A stretch of DNA of 64,000 nucleotides from Clostridia bacterium. Its GTDB lineage: Bacteria; Bacillota; Clostridia; TANB77; CAG-465. Below are positions 1 to 9,437 of the stretch, piece by piece. The DNA is taken from the NCBI GenBank assembly GCA_029256705.1, contig JAQSXK010000007.1, forward strand, positions 4,606 to 68,605. Reading direction: 5' to 3'. Each line of letters starts with the position of its first letter. Positions within the stretch are counted from its first letter, which is position 1. A program made the position numbers and the translations under genes. The notes under the pieces were generated by a model. The model was not told the origin of the DNA. It did not search any database and saw only the letters and a list, made by a program, of their open reading frames with translations.

Positions 1-360
1 TTAAATAATAATATAATAGAAAAAGATGAAAAAAAAGTAATAAGTGATAACTTAAAACCTTTTAAAAATTATGAAGATTTTAAAAATATTATACTTTCAA
101 AAGGAAATATTAAGTTGTTCTCTAATTTAGCAGGATCAAATATGTTTTTAACTGATGAAAATGTAGTAATTGTCACAGTTAATGAATTTGCATATAAAAT
201 GTTAGCACTTGAAGAACAAAAAATTATATTTTCTAATCTTTTAAAATCTGAGTATAATATAGAAAAGCCTTTAATAATAAAGCTAAAGAAACAAGTCAAA
301 GAAAGTAAAATGGAAAAAATACTTAAAGATAGTAGTGTAGAATATACAAATTTGGATTAA
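1..360 (+). CDS. dnaX: DNA polymerase III subunit gamma/tau, C-terminal fragment (gene starts upstream of window)
   Basis: Frame 1 is open from position 1 to the stop at 358-360. Its position immediately upstream of ybaB-recR matches the conserved dnaX-ybaB-recR synteny of Firmicutes. The tail itself is poorly conserved, so identity is by synteny. Confidence 0.45.
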   Translation, partial: LNNNIIEKDEKKVISDNLKPFKNYEDFKNIILSKGNIKLFSNLAGSNMFLTDENVVIVTVNEFAYKMLALEEQKIIFSNLLKSEYNIEKPLIIKLKKQVKESKMEKILKDSSVEYTNLD

Positions 361-369
361 GAAGGGAAT

Positions 370-711
370 GTGAATTTAATGGGTAAATTTGGTGGATTTA
401 ACGGTGGAGGCATGGGAAATATGCAAAACCTAATGAAACAAGCACAAAAAATGCAAGCGGATATGTTAAAAAAGCAACAAGAGGTTGGTGAAAAGGAATT
501 TGAAGCATCAGCAGGTGGCGGTGCAGTAATAATAAAATGTAATGGAGATAAGATAGTAAAAGAAGTAATAATTAAACCAGAAGTTATAGCGGATGGGGAT
601 GTAGAAATGCTACAAGATTTAATAAAAGCTGCTACTAATGAAGCTCTTGGTAAGGCTGAATCTGCTATGCAATCAAATCTAGGACAATTTAATATACCTG
701 GACTTATGTAG
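370..711 (+). CDS. ybaB: nucleoid-associated protein YbaB/EbfC
   Basis: 113 aa. The Gly-rich N-terminus, 'MQNLMKQAQKMQ' and the conserved YbaB core give a typical YbaB family signature; located between dnaX and recR. Confidence 0.85.
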   Translation: MNLMGKFGGFNGGGMGNMQNLMKQAQKMQADMLKKQQEVGEKEFEASAGGGAVIIKCNGDKIVKEVIIKPEVIADGDVEMLQDLIKAATNEALGKAESAMQSNLGQFNIPGLM

Positions 712-719
712 GTATAAAT

Positions 720-1313
720 ATGTATTCAGATATAATAAATAAATTAATTAAACAGTTTGAAAAATTACCAGGAATAGGTCATAAGACTGCAGTAAGACTT
801 GCCTTTTATATATTAGAGTCTCCAATAGAAACAGCAGAAGAAATGGCAAAAGTTTTAGTTGAGGCCAAGCAAAAGGTTAAACTTTGTTCGAAATGTTTTA
901 ATATAACTGAGAAAGATCCATGCGAAATTTGTTCAAATACAAAAAGGGATGAAACTATTATATGTGTTGTTGAAAGTGTTAAAGATGTTATTGCGATGGA
1001 AAGAACACATGAATTTAATGGTACATACCACGTATTACATGGGAGTATTTCACCGATGAACAATATAACAGCTGGGGATATAAAGGTTAAAGAACTATTA
1101 GAAAGACTAAAAGAAGTTGATGTTAAAGAAGTAATAATAGCTACAAATCCTACTATTGAAGGTGAAACTACAGCTATGTATATTTCGAGATTAATTAAAC
1201 CACTTAATATATCTGTTAGTAGAATAGCTCATGGTATTCCAGTAGGTGGAGATATAGAGTATACAGATGAAATTACATTAATAAAGGCATTAGAAGGCAG
1301 AAGAGAAATGTAA
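720..1313 (+). CDS. recR: recombination protein RecR
   Basis: 197 aa with an HhH N-terminus 'LPGIGHKTAVRLAF', a C4 zinc finger (CSKC...CEIC) and a Toprim domain. Confidence 0.92.
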   Translation: MYSDIINKLIKQFEKLPGIGHKTAVRLAFYILESPIETAEEMAKVLVEAKQKVKLCSKCFNITEKDPCEICSNTKRDETIICVVESVKDVIAMERTHEFNGTYHVLHGSISPMNNITAGDIKVKELLERLKEVDVKEVIIATNPTIEGETTAMYISRLIKPLNISVSRIAHGIPVGGDIEYTDEITLIKALEGRREM

Positions 1314-1319
1314 AAAAAT

Positions 1320-1565
1320 TACGCTAACCATAAGATTATAAAATCTTATGGCTAGCAACCTTATTCTCGGGTATAAAAAATACTTTAGAGAAACCAAGGG
1401 CAGTTATACTATCCAACATGTATTAAATATTAATTAAAATAATCAACAATAAATTAAACAATCAGGACTTGTATAACAAAGCTATATATTAACTATATAT
1501 ATAGACACTAATATTATGGTTTGTTTTTTGAAACATATACATATAATATAAAAAGAAAGGTGATA
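1320..1565 (+). promoter_or_regulatory. structured 5' leader / possible cis-regulatory RNA upstream of the PP-loop/MurD-like operon
   Basis: A perfect 10-bp stem CCATAAGATT-ATAAA-AATCTTATGG (1329-1352), extended by flanking GCTAACC/GGCTAGC, has no U-tract. A second hairpin pairs CCTTATTCTC (1363) with GAGAAACCAAGG (1390). A promoter-like TTGAAA is near 1536 and the RBS AGGTGA lies before the TTG start at 1570. Confidence 0.3.
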
Positions 1566-1569
1566 TTTT

Positions 1570-2946
1570 TTGAAATATAATAATGTAAAATATAATGAGT
1601 TAAGAGAAAAATATAAAGAATTTAATTATGATAATTATTCATATGTTTTCGTAGATAATAAATTAGAAATTACATTTGAGTTTTCACAATATGATGGTAT
1701 AAATTTTAAACCAAAATGGACAATACCGATAAGTGAAGATGAATATATAAAAAAGGATAGATCGTTCCTAGATAAAATAATATTTAATCTAGGCTTAGTT
1801 GAGGTTATAAGTTATTGGAAAGCTACATGTTCACCAATTTTAAATGTAAAATGTTCGACTTTAAATGAACATCAAAAGAAATGGTGGAAAAAATTATATT
1901 TTAATGGGTTAGGCGAATTTTTTTATACAAATCATATTTCCGTAAATGAAAGTGATTTTATTGATATTATATGCAAGGATGAATTAGAACAAAATAAAAT
2001 TATTTTAAAAGATGATTTTGAGGGATGTTTAATCCCAATAGGTGGAGGAAAAGATTCAATAGTAACATTAGAAACTTTAAATAAATCAAAACAAAAGTTA
2101 GATAATTTGTGTTATATTGTAAATCCAAGGGGAGCAACTATAGAAGCAGCAAAAATTTCAGGTTATATAGATAAAACTGTTTCTGTAAATAGAACTATAG
2201 ATAAAAAGTTATTAGATTTAAACAATAATGGATTTCTTAATGGACACACTCCTTTTTCTGCAATTTTAGCATTTTCATCATATTTAACAGCATATTTATA
2301 TAACAAGAAATTTATAACATTATCCAATGAATCTAGTGCTAATGAATCTAACGTTGAAGGAACTAATGTTAATCATCAATATTCTAAAAGTATAGAATTT
2401 GAAAATGATTTTAGGGAATATGCACAAATTTATCTGTCTGATAAAATACAATATTTCAGTTTGCTAAGACCACTTAATGAATTTAAGATTGTTCAAATAT
2501 TTTGTCAGTATAATAAGTATTTCAAAGTTTTCAAAAGTTGTAATGTTGGATCAAAAGAAGACATATGGTGCAATAATTGCCCTAAATGTTTATATGTGTA
2601 TATAATGTTATCTGCATTTTTATCTTCAGAAGAAATAAATGTTATTTTTGAAACTAATATGTTTGATAACATTGAACTTGCAAATATTTTAGATGGTTTG
2701 GTAAGTAGCAAATTTGATAAACCGTTTGAATGTGTTGGTACAAAAGAAGAAATAAATTATGCATTGTATATAAAAATTAATAAGTTAAAAGAAAATAAGA
2801 AGGAATTGCCACCATTATTATCATATTATATGAATAACTATTCTGATATATATGATAATATATTAAGGAATAATGTTAAAAATAATGTAGAAAATTATTA
2901 TGACTTGGAAAACAATATTCCAATTGAATTTAAGGGGTTAATATAG
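1570..2946 (+). CDS. PP-loop (adenine-nucleotide alpha-hydrolase-like) ATPase family protein, function unknown
   Basis: 458 aa with a TTG start after an AGGTGA RBS. The motif 'IPIGGGKDS' matches the SGGxDS PP-loop, and a CxxCxxC-like Cys cluster (CNNCPKC) is present. The stop overlaps/abuts the start of the murD-like gene (ATATAG ATG). Confidence 0.45.
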   Translation: MKYNNVKYNELREKYKEFNYDNYSYVFVDNKLEITFEFSQYDGINFKPKWTIPISEDEYIKKDRSFLDKIIFNLGLVEVISYWKATCSPILNVKCSTLNEHQKKWWKKLYFNGLGEFFYTNHISVNESDFIDIICKDELEQNKIILKDDFEGCLIPIGGGKDSIVTLETLNKSKQKLDNLCYIVNPRGATIEAAKISGYIDKTVSVNRTIDKKLLDLNNNGFLNGHTPFSAILAFSSYLTAYLYNKKFITLSNESSANESNVEGTNVNHQYSKSIEFENDFREYAQIYLSDKIQYFSLLRPLNEFKIVQIFCQYNKYFKVFKSCNVGSKEDIWCNNCPKCLYVYIMLSAFLSSEEINVIFETNMFDNIELANILDGLVSSKFDKPFECVGTKEEINYALYIKINKLKENKKELPPLLSYYMNNYSDIYDNILRNNVKNNVENYYDLENNIPIEFKGLI

Positions 2947-4314
2947 ATGGTAGAGCAAATGATTGATAATATATATAGTTTTTTAGATGGAAAAAAAATA
3001 TTGATATTAGGGTATAGTAGAGAAGGAAAATCTACATATAATTTTATAAGAAATAGATTGAAAAACATTAAAATATCTATATTAGATCATAATATTATTG
3101 ATAAAATTGATGATGATTATGTTGAAGTTTTTTGTGATAACGAATATGAAGATTATTTCAAAAAATTTGATATAATAATTAAAAGTCCAGGAGTACCTAT
3201 AAAAAGAGAACTGTATAATAAATATAAAGAAAAGATAGTGTCTCAAACTAGTTTATTTTTAGAGTATTCAAAAAATATAATAGTGGGTATAACTGGTACG
3301 AAAGGTAAAAGTACAACTTCATCATTAATACATCACATATTTAAAAATTGTAATTTAAATAGTATGTTGGTGGGTAATATAGGAACTCCTATTTTATCTC
3401 AAATTAATGATATAAGTGATGATACTATAATTGTATTTGAAATGTCATCTCATCAATTACAATATATTAACAAATCTCCTAAAATTTCAGTATTACTTAA
3501 TATTTACGAAGAACATTTAGATTACTATGAAACTTTTGAAGAATATATATTTTCTAAAGAGAATATATATAGATTTCAAAATGAAAATGATTTGGTAATA
3601 TATAATTCATCATTAGATACTATAAATGTTATTAATATATTAAAAATAGGGCAGAGAAGGTTACCTATATATATAAATAATGAAAATATAAAGGAAAATA
3701 ATTATGTTAATATAAAAGAAGATATAATATTATTTAAAACGGTCGAAAAAGAGTTATCAATTGATGTAGCAGATATAAATACTAACTTAAAAGGTGCACA
3801 TAATTTATATAATATAGTAATAGCTATATCTGTAGCTAATGAGATGAAATTAGAAATTAAAGATATTCTAAAGGCAATATCTTCTTTTGAAGGATTAGAA
3901 CATAGAATGGAATATGTCGGAAAGTTTAACGATATCAACTATTATAACGATTCTATCGCAACTATTCCGGAAGCTGCTATATGTGCTGTTAAAAGTCTTG
4001 TAAAAGTAGATACAATAATCATTGGGGGAAAAGACAGGGGAGTAAACTATTGCGAATTGGTAAACTTTTTGAATAAAAGCGAGATTGGTAAAGTATTGCT
4101 TATATCTGAAAGTGGAAAAAGAATATATGATATGTTAGAAAAAAATAATAATAAATATATATATGCCGAAAATTTGGAGAATGCAATTGAACTAGCAAAA
4201 TTAAATACTCCTAAAAATGGAATTTGTCTGTTATCACCAGCAGCAGCAAGCTATGGGTATTACAAAAACTTTGAAGAAAGAGGTAACAAATTCAAAGAAT
4301 TAGTTAAGAAATAA
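2947..4314 (+). CDS. Mur ligase family protein, MurD-like paralogue (UDP-N-acetylmuramoyl-L-alanine--glutamate ligase-like)
   Basis: 455 aa. It has an N-terminal Rossmann segment 'ILILGYSREGKST', the Mur ligase P-loop 'GITGTKGKSTT' and a MurD-type 'YYNDSIATIPEAA' (NDSKAT-like) motif. It lies outside any dcw cluster, so it is a second murD-like copy. Confidence 0.7.
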   Translation: MVEQMIDNIYSFLDGKKILILGYSREGKSTYNFIRNRLKNIKISILDHNIIDKIDDDYVEVFCDNEYEDYFKKFDIIIKSPGVPIKRELYNKYKEKIVSQTSLFLEYSKNIIVGITGTKGKSTTSSLIHHIFKNCNLNSMLVGNIGTPILSQINDISDDTIIVFEMSSHQLQYINKSPKISVLLNIYEEHLDYYETFEEYIFSKENIYRFQNENDLVIYNSSLDTINVINILKIGQRRLPIYINNENIKENNYVNIKEDIILFKTVEKELSIDVADINTNLKGAHNLYNIVIAISVANEMKLEIKDILKAISSFEGLEHRMEYVGKFNDINYYNDSIATIPEAAICAVKSLVKVDTIIIGGKDRGVNYCELVNFLNKSEIGKVLLISESGKRIYDMLEKNNNKYIYAENLENAIELAKLNTPKNGICLLSPAAASYGYYKNFEERGNKFKELVKK

Positions 4315-4325
4315 ATAATAAAGCA

Positions 4326-4357
4326 GAGGGAGAACGATTATTCAATCGTTCTCCCTC
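4326..4357. terminator. rho-independent terminator (bidirectional hairpin) after the murD-like gene
   Basis: GAGGGAGAACGATT-loop-AATCGTTCTCCCTC perfect 14-bp stem. Confidence 0.6.
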
Positions 4358-4643
4358 CATCTATATTAAATACTAAATTTTGGAAAATCCAAAATTTAGT
4401 ATATTTCAAAACGGTTTTTCTTATATTATTATTTCAATTTATTTTTTAAGTAAGAAAAAACTTCAGTAAACTAATATCTTTAAACACTAGGATCAGTCTT
4501 ATTATTTTTTAAATAATGTGTTATTTTAAATCTCGTATTATCAAACTTCCAAATTTGGGAGTATTAAAAAATTTTAATGAAGCTATTATATCACCAATGG
4601 AAGAAAATGTCAATAGTTTTAGACAATAAAGCAATAGAATATA

Positions 4644-4677
4644 AAAAAGGACGATTAAATTCTAATCGTCCCTTTTT
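4644..4677. terminator. rho-independent terminator for the minus-strand gene 4697-5218 (A/T tracts on both sides)
   Basis: AAAAAAGGACGATTA-AATTC-TAATCGTCCCTTTTT. Confidence 0.6.
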
Positions 4678-4696
4678 GTTTATCTGAATTAACTTT

Positions 4697-5218
4697 TTAA
4701 ATTTTAAAAAAATCAAAGTTCAAGAGTGTAGGGAAAGGATTTGATGCATATTCGGATTTGATTCTCGAAGTAAATTCGAGAGGTTCTTTTGTTAAAACAC
4801 ATCTTTCTCCTTTTAAATTGGTTTTTACAACCAGCTCGGTATCGATATTCTTACACCAATCGGCTAAGCCTGCAATATCATCTGTTTCAAATGTTGCTAT
4901 GATTGAATAATCATCAAGAACTAATGAAACAGTTTTTTCAATATACTGTGCAGTCATTCCAGCCATGTTTTGAATAATAAGTTTTTTTCCGGCCACAATG
5001 GCAGCGTCTACGTTTTCCTCCATAACACATATCAGGATTCTATCGTCAGACTTATACCAGTATACTTCAGCACCGATTTCTTCAGAAAGTTTAGCGCAGA
5101 TGCATGAATCAACCAGATCAAAATCTTCAAAGATTACAAATACATCAGTACACCGACCTTGGAACTTTTCATGCTTAACGCTTGAATCAACCAAAAAATG
5201 TTTTGCGACAATACCCAT
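4697..5218 (-). CDS. hypothetical protein (locally elevated GC)
   Basis: 173-aa ORF with coherent coding statistics and visibly higher GC than its flanks (e.g. CCGGCCACAATGGCAGCGTCTACG). It is bracketed by terminators and I recognise no family. Confidence 0.5.
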   Translation of the reverse strand: MGIVAKHFLVDSSVKHEKFQGRCTDVFVIFEDFDLVDSCICAKLSEEIGAEVYWYKSDDRILICVMEENVDAAIVAGKKLIIQNMAGMTAQYIEKTVSLVLDDYSIIATFETDDIAGLADWCKNIDTELVVKTNLKGERCVLTKEPLEFTSRIKSEYASNPFPTLLNFDFFKI

Positions 5219-5557
5219 AATAACAAACCTCCAATTTTGTAAGTTTTAAGTAATTTTTAAGCATTATAATTATATCATAGATTGCTTTGAAAGTCAATAA
5301 TATGGGTGTATTATTTAACATAATAATGATAAAATCGAAATAAAATTAAAAATTGAATGAATATAATAAAAATTATCGTAGGAATTTACTATAATTTATA
5401 TAAAATATAATAATTTTGTATAAAAATATTAAAGTTTTATTTAAATTACAACAATATTAAAAAAATTTAAGTAAAATTACACAAATATTTCAAAAAATAT
5501 AGAAAAATAAAAGTTTTATGATATAATGTATATAGAATATTTGTGGGGTGTTTTTGT

Positions 5558-6262
5558 ATGGAAGAGAGAAAAATTCTGATAGTAGATGATGAAAAGTCAA
5601 TAGTTGAAATTTTGAAATTTAATTTGGAAAAAGAAGGATATAAAACCTATGAAGCTTATGATGCTGATGAAGCTATTGAAAAGGCATTTGAAGTTAATCC
5701 AGATTTAATATTACTAGATGTTATGCTTCCTAAATCAGATGGCTTTACAGTTTGTAGAAGAATAAGACAAAAATTATCATGTCCTATTATAATGCTTACA
5801 GCAAGAGAAGATGTTGTTGATAAGATAATTGGACTTGAACTTGGTGCAGATGATTATATGACAAAACCTTTTAGCATTAGAGAGGTAATTGCTAGAATAA
5901 AAGCAAATTTAAGAAAATATGTTAAGACTGTTGAGAATAAGGTAGACGATGAAAAACAAAATGGATTTATGATAAAAGATATGTTTATTGACTCAAAAAA
6001 TTATCTTGCAACAATTAATGGAAAAATAATAGATTTAACAACTAAAGAATTTGATTTATTAAAACTATTATCAAGTTCTCCAAATGAGGTATTTACGAGG
6101 GAACAAATTTTAAAAACTATATGGGGTTATGATTATTACGGTGATGCAAGAACAGTTGATGTTACTGTAAGAAGATTAAGAGAGAAGATAGAAAATAATA
6201 CAGCAGCTCCAAAATATCTATTAACAAAAAGAGGAATGGGTTACTACGTAACACTAAAATAA
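5558..6262 (+). CDS. OmpR-family response regulator, WalR/YycF-like
   Basis: Receiver domain 'ILIVDDE...LILLDVMLP..DG' plus a winged-helix C-terminus. 'ILKFNLEKEGY' closely resembles YycF/WalR. An ATG at 5558 is preferred over the GTG at 5543. Confidence 0.8.
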   Translation: MEERKILIVDDEKSIVEILKFNLEKEGYKTYEAYDADEAIEKAFEVNPDLILLDVMLPKSDGFTVCRRIRQKLSCPIIMLTAREDVVDKIIGLELGADDYMTKPFSIREVIARIKANLRKYVKTVENKVDDEKQNGFMIKDMFIDSKNYLATINGKIIDLTTKEFDLLKLLSSSPNEVFTREQILKTIWGYDYYGDARTVDVTVRRLREKIENNTAAPKYLLTKRGMGYYVTLK

Positions 6263-6316
6263 CCTTTAGTGGTGCACATTTTGTACCACTATTTCTTTTA
6301 TAAAGAGGTGAAAAAA

Positions 6317-7693
6317 TTGAGAAGCTCAATAAAAAGAACTATAGTATTGCTTTCTATTGCTATAATTTTAATTGTTTATGTATCTATTTTTTATTTAACA
6401 AAACTAGGTATTATTCTAACTGATGATTTCTTTCACATTAATAACTTAATTATATTACTAGCTATATTTGTTATTGTAATGACAATATCTAGCGTAATAT
6501 CAAAGATGATTATATTTCCGCTTAGAAAAATAGAGAGAAATATGAAAAGTGTTGTAGATGGTAAATCAATTGAAACTAAACATTTAAAAGGATATAATAA
6601 ATTTAAAGAGATTGATGATTTAATTGATATATATTCTACTATGATGGAAGTAATTAAAAAGAATAATTTTGATTTAAACAGCCAAAAAAGTAAAACTGAA
6701 ATTATATTAGAACAAATGGCAGATGGAGTAATTGCATTTTCTGTTACAAAGGATGTTATCCATATTAACAAGTCAGCTATTAACCTTTTAGGTATATCTA
6801 AAGAATTTGATAATTTTGATAAAATAATAAGCAAGATTAACTTACAATTAGATTTTGATCAGATAATGTATTTGCCAAACTATAAAAGTATAGAATATAG
6901 AGCAGTGATAAATGAAAATATTTTAAACTTGATATTTGTACCTTTTTTTAGTGATAAGCTTATACCTATGGGTATAATAATGGTTGCAAGAAATGTTACA
7001 GAAAGTGTTAGATTAGATAATATGAGAAAAGAGTTTGTGGCTAACGTTTCTCATGAACTTAAAACGCCGCTTACTTCTATAAAAGGTTATTCGGAAACAA
7101 TGATGAGAGCAGATTTAACAGATGCTGAAATTTCAGAGTTTGCTAAAGTTATTAATCAAGAGGCTAGTAGAATGGACAGGCTAGTTGTAGATTTATTGCA
7201 ACTTTCTAAGTTTGATTATAGTAAGGCATCATTTAAAAAGACAACTTTTTCTTTATCAGATTTAGCAACTAATGTAACTGAAAAAATGAAATATAGTGCT
7301 AGTCAGAAAGAGCATACTTTAGATTGTGAAGTAATTGTACCAACTAAGGCATATGCAGATAAAGATTCAATAGAACAAGTAATAATGAACGTAGTTAGTA
7401 ATAGTATAAAATATACACCAGATGGTGGTAATATAATGGTATATGTAGGAAGTGTAAATAATAGTGCATATATTAAAATAGTCGATAATGGTATGGGTAT
7501 ACCTGAAAAAGATTTGCAAAGAATATTTGAAAGGTTCTATAGAGTAGATAAGGCAAGATCTAGACAAATGGGTGGAACAGGTCTTGGACTTGCAATAGTT
7601 AAAGAGATAGTAGATGGTAATGGTGGAACTATAGATATTAGAAGTGAAGTAGATAAGGGTACTGAAATAATTATAACTTTACCAGTTAAATAA
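6317..7693 (+). CDS. sensor histidine kinase (TM, PAS, HisKA, HATPase), WalK-like
   Basis: N-terminal TM helices, the H-box 'NVSHELKTPLTSIKGY' and G-boxes 'DNGMGIP'/'GGTGLGLAIVK'. It directly follows the regulator. A TTG at 6317 sits after an AGAGGTG RBS. Confidence 0.8.
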   Translation: MRSSIKRTIVLLSIAIILIVYVSIFYLTKLGIILTDDFFHINNLIILLAIFVIVMTISSVISKMIIFPLRKIERNMKSVVDGKSIETKHLKGYNKFKEIDDLIDIYSTMMEVIKKNNFDLNSQKSKTEIILEQMADGVIAFSVTKDVIHINKSAINLLGISKEFDNFDKIISKINLQLDFDQIMYLPNYKSIEYRAVINENILNLIFVPFFSDKLIPMGIIMVARNVTESVRLDNMRKEFVANVSHELKTPLTSIKGYSETMMRADLTDAEISEFAKVINQEASRMDRLVVDLLQLSKFDYSKASFKKTTFSLSDLATNVTEKMKYSASQKEHTLDCEVIVPTKAYADKDSIEQVIMNVVSNSIKYTPDGGNIMVYVGSVNNSAYIKIVDNGMGIPEKDLQRIFERFYRVDKARSRQMGGTGLGLAIVKEIVDGNGGTIDIRSEVDKGTEIIITLPVK

Positions 7694-7704
7694 AAGGAGA
7701 TAAA

Positions 7705-8472
7705 ATGGCATATATAGACACACATGCTCATTACAATGATGAAGTATATAAAGATAATTTAGATGAAGTATTAAATATAGTAAAAAAAGCAAATGTAGAT
7801 AAAATAGTAAATGTAGGTTACAGCATAGAAGGTTCCAAAGAGTGTATTGAACTTGCAAAGAAATATGATTATATATACTCTACAATAGGTATACATCCCG
7901 AAAATGTAGATGATAGTGTTGATGAACTTGAAAAATTATATAATGAAAATAGAGATGGTAAAATAGTAGCAATAGGTGAAATAGGTTTAGATTATGCCTA
8001 TGTACAAGATAACAAAGAAAAACAGATTAGTCAATTTATAAAGCAAATTAAATTAGCCGAAAAACTTAATCTGCCAATTGTAATACATTCAAGAGATGCT
8101 TCTTTGGATACATATAATGTAATAAGAGAAAATGTAATTGAAGGAACAAAATTGTTATTTCATTGTTTTGCGCCTACAGATGATTTAGTTAAATTAGTAT
8201 TAGAAAGAAAATATCTTGTTGCTTTTGGGGGGAATATAACATATCCCAGAAACGTATCTTTTAAAAGATACATTGAAATGATTCCAGTAGAGCAAATGGT
8301 ATTGGAAACAGACTCTCCATATTTAACCCCAATACCTTTTAGAGGTAAAATTAATAATTCTTCTAATTTAAATATTGTATGCAAGAAGCTTGCAGAATAT
8401 AAAAATATGAATGAAGAAGATTTAGCAAAGATATTGTATAAGAATTCAATAGAATTTTTTAATTTGAAATAG
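7705..8472 (+). CDS. tatD: TatD-family metal-dependent hydrolase/DNase
   Basis: 255 aa starting 'IDTHAHY', with the TatD motifs 'GEIGLDY' and 'HSRDA'. Confidence 0.85.
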   Translation: MAYIDTHAHYNDEVYKDNLDEVLNIVKKANVDKIVNVGYSIEGSKECIELAKKYDYIYSTIGIHPENVDDSVDELEKLYNENRDGKIVAIGEIGLDYAYVQDNKEKQISQFIKQIKLAEKLNLPIVIHSRDASLDTYNVIRENVIEGTKLLFHCFAPTDDLVKLVLERKYLVAFGGNITYPRNVSFKRYIEMIPVEQMVLETDSPYLTPIPFRGKINNSSNLNIVCKKLAEYKNMNEEDLAKILYKNSIEFFNLK

Positions 8473-8536
8473 ATTAAATTATAAATATTAGATATTAATT
8501 GTCTAATATTTATATATAATTAGGGGGGGAGGTATT

Positions 8537-9034
8537 ATGAAAAATAAAAGATTAGTTATAGTGATAATTATATTAGTTATTTTAGTTATATCTTCAATAA
8601 TTATATTTTTTAGAGAAGATTATTCTAAGGTAAATGTAAAAACAATAGATATTATGGACAATATCTGTGAAACATTAGATGAAGATATTCCTAATATGAT
8701 TGACCTTACTGAAGAGGAACTTAAAAACAATTACAATATAGATGTTGATAAAATTGAAGAGTATGTTGTTAAAATGCCTATAATGAATGTTAGGGCGAAT
8801 GAAATTGCCATAATAAAAGTTAAGAATATAAGAGATATTGGATATATAAAAGATAAAGTTAATGATAGAATCAAAAATATTCAAGATAGTTTCGATGGAT
8901 ACCTACAAGATCAACTAGTAATTGCTAAAAGCCCTTTAATAATTGTAAAAGGCAGATACGTATTGATGTCAATATCTGAAAGTAATGATACAATTGAAAG
9001 TATATTTAATAGTTATTTTATAAATAATAAATAG
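8537..9034 (+). CDS. membrane-anchored hypothetical protein (DUF4358-like)
   Basis: 165 aa with an N-terminal TM helix; family assignment is from memory only. Confidence 0.4.
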   Translation: MKNKRLVIVIIILVILVISSIIIFFREDYSKVNVKTIDIMDNICETLDEDIPNMIDLTEEELKNNYNIDVDKIEEYVVKMPIMNVRANEIAIIKVKNIRDIGYIKDKVNDRIKNIQDSFDGYLQDQLVIAKSPLIIVKGRYVLMSISESNDTIESIFNSYFINNK

Positions 9035-9112
9035 TGAAATTACTAATAAATAAAAATAATGAATATTATTTCTTAATAAATAGTATAATATAAATAGAAA
9101 TGAGGTTGTCTT

Positions 9113-9364
9113 ATGCAATATTTAATTTTTTTTGGATGTATAATAGCGGTTGTAATAATAGCTAAGATATTATCTTGGCCTTTTAAAATAATATTTAAAT
9201 TACTGATCAATATTGTTATTGGTGGATTACTTTTACTAGTAGTTAACATATTTGGAGCTGGATTTGGATTACATATACCGTTTAATACCATAACAGCACT
9301 TGTATCAGGAATATTAGGTTTACCAGGTGTATTACTTCTAATTGCACTTCAATATATAATATAA
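9113..9364 (+). CDS. bofA: pro-sigma-K processing inhibitor BofA family protein
   Basis: 83-aa two-TM protein with a Gly-rich C-terminal half 'GGLLLLVVNIFGAGFGLHIPFN...GLPGVLLL', located downstream of recR as in the Bacillus dnaX-yaaK-recR-yaaL-bofA arrangement. Confidence 0.7.
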   Translation: MQYLIFFGCIIAVVIIAKILSWPFKIIFKLLINIVIGGLLLLVVNIFGAGFGLHIPFNTITALVSGILGLPGVLLLIALQYII

Positions 9365-9437
9365 ATATAATTTACATATAGTAAAATTGTATATTTTTTT
9401 AGAATTTGCTAAAAATATTACTAAAATAGGAGGTAAT

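Noticed and set aside
806-1063. Antisense ORFs inside recR, the MurD-like gene, the kinase, YpeB, the ABC permeases etc. (e.g. 806-1063-, 2505-2711-, 3702-3938-, 6433-6834-, 7367-7731-, 9958-10452-, 13155-13481-, 56311-56799-).
   Set aside because: They lie wholly within well-supported genes on the opposite strand, lack RBSs, and have low-complexity AT-codon-driven composition typical of spurious ORFs in a 27% GC genome.
1329-1352. The 10-bp perfect hairpin after recR as a simple rho-independent terminator.
   Set aside because: There is no downstream U-tract (it is followed by GCTAGCAACC). It may still pause or terminate weakly, so it is reported instead as part of a possible structured leader.
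5543-5557. GTG start at 5543 for the response regulator (track ORF MGCFCMEERK...).
   Set aside because: The ATG at 5558 gives the canonical MEERKILIVDD receiver start. The extra five residues are not conserved in OmpR-family regulators.
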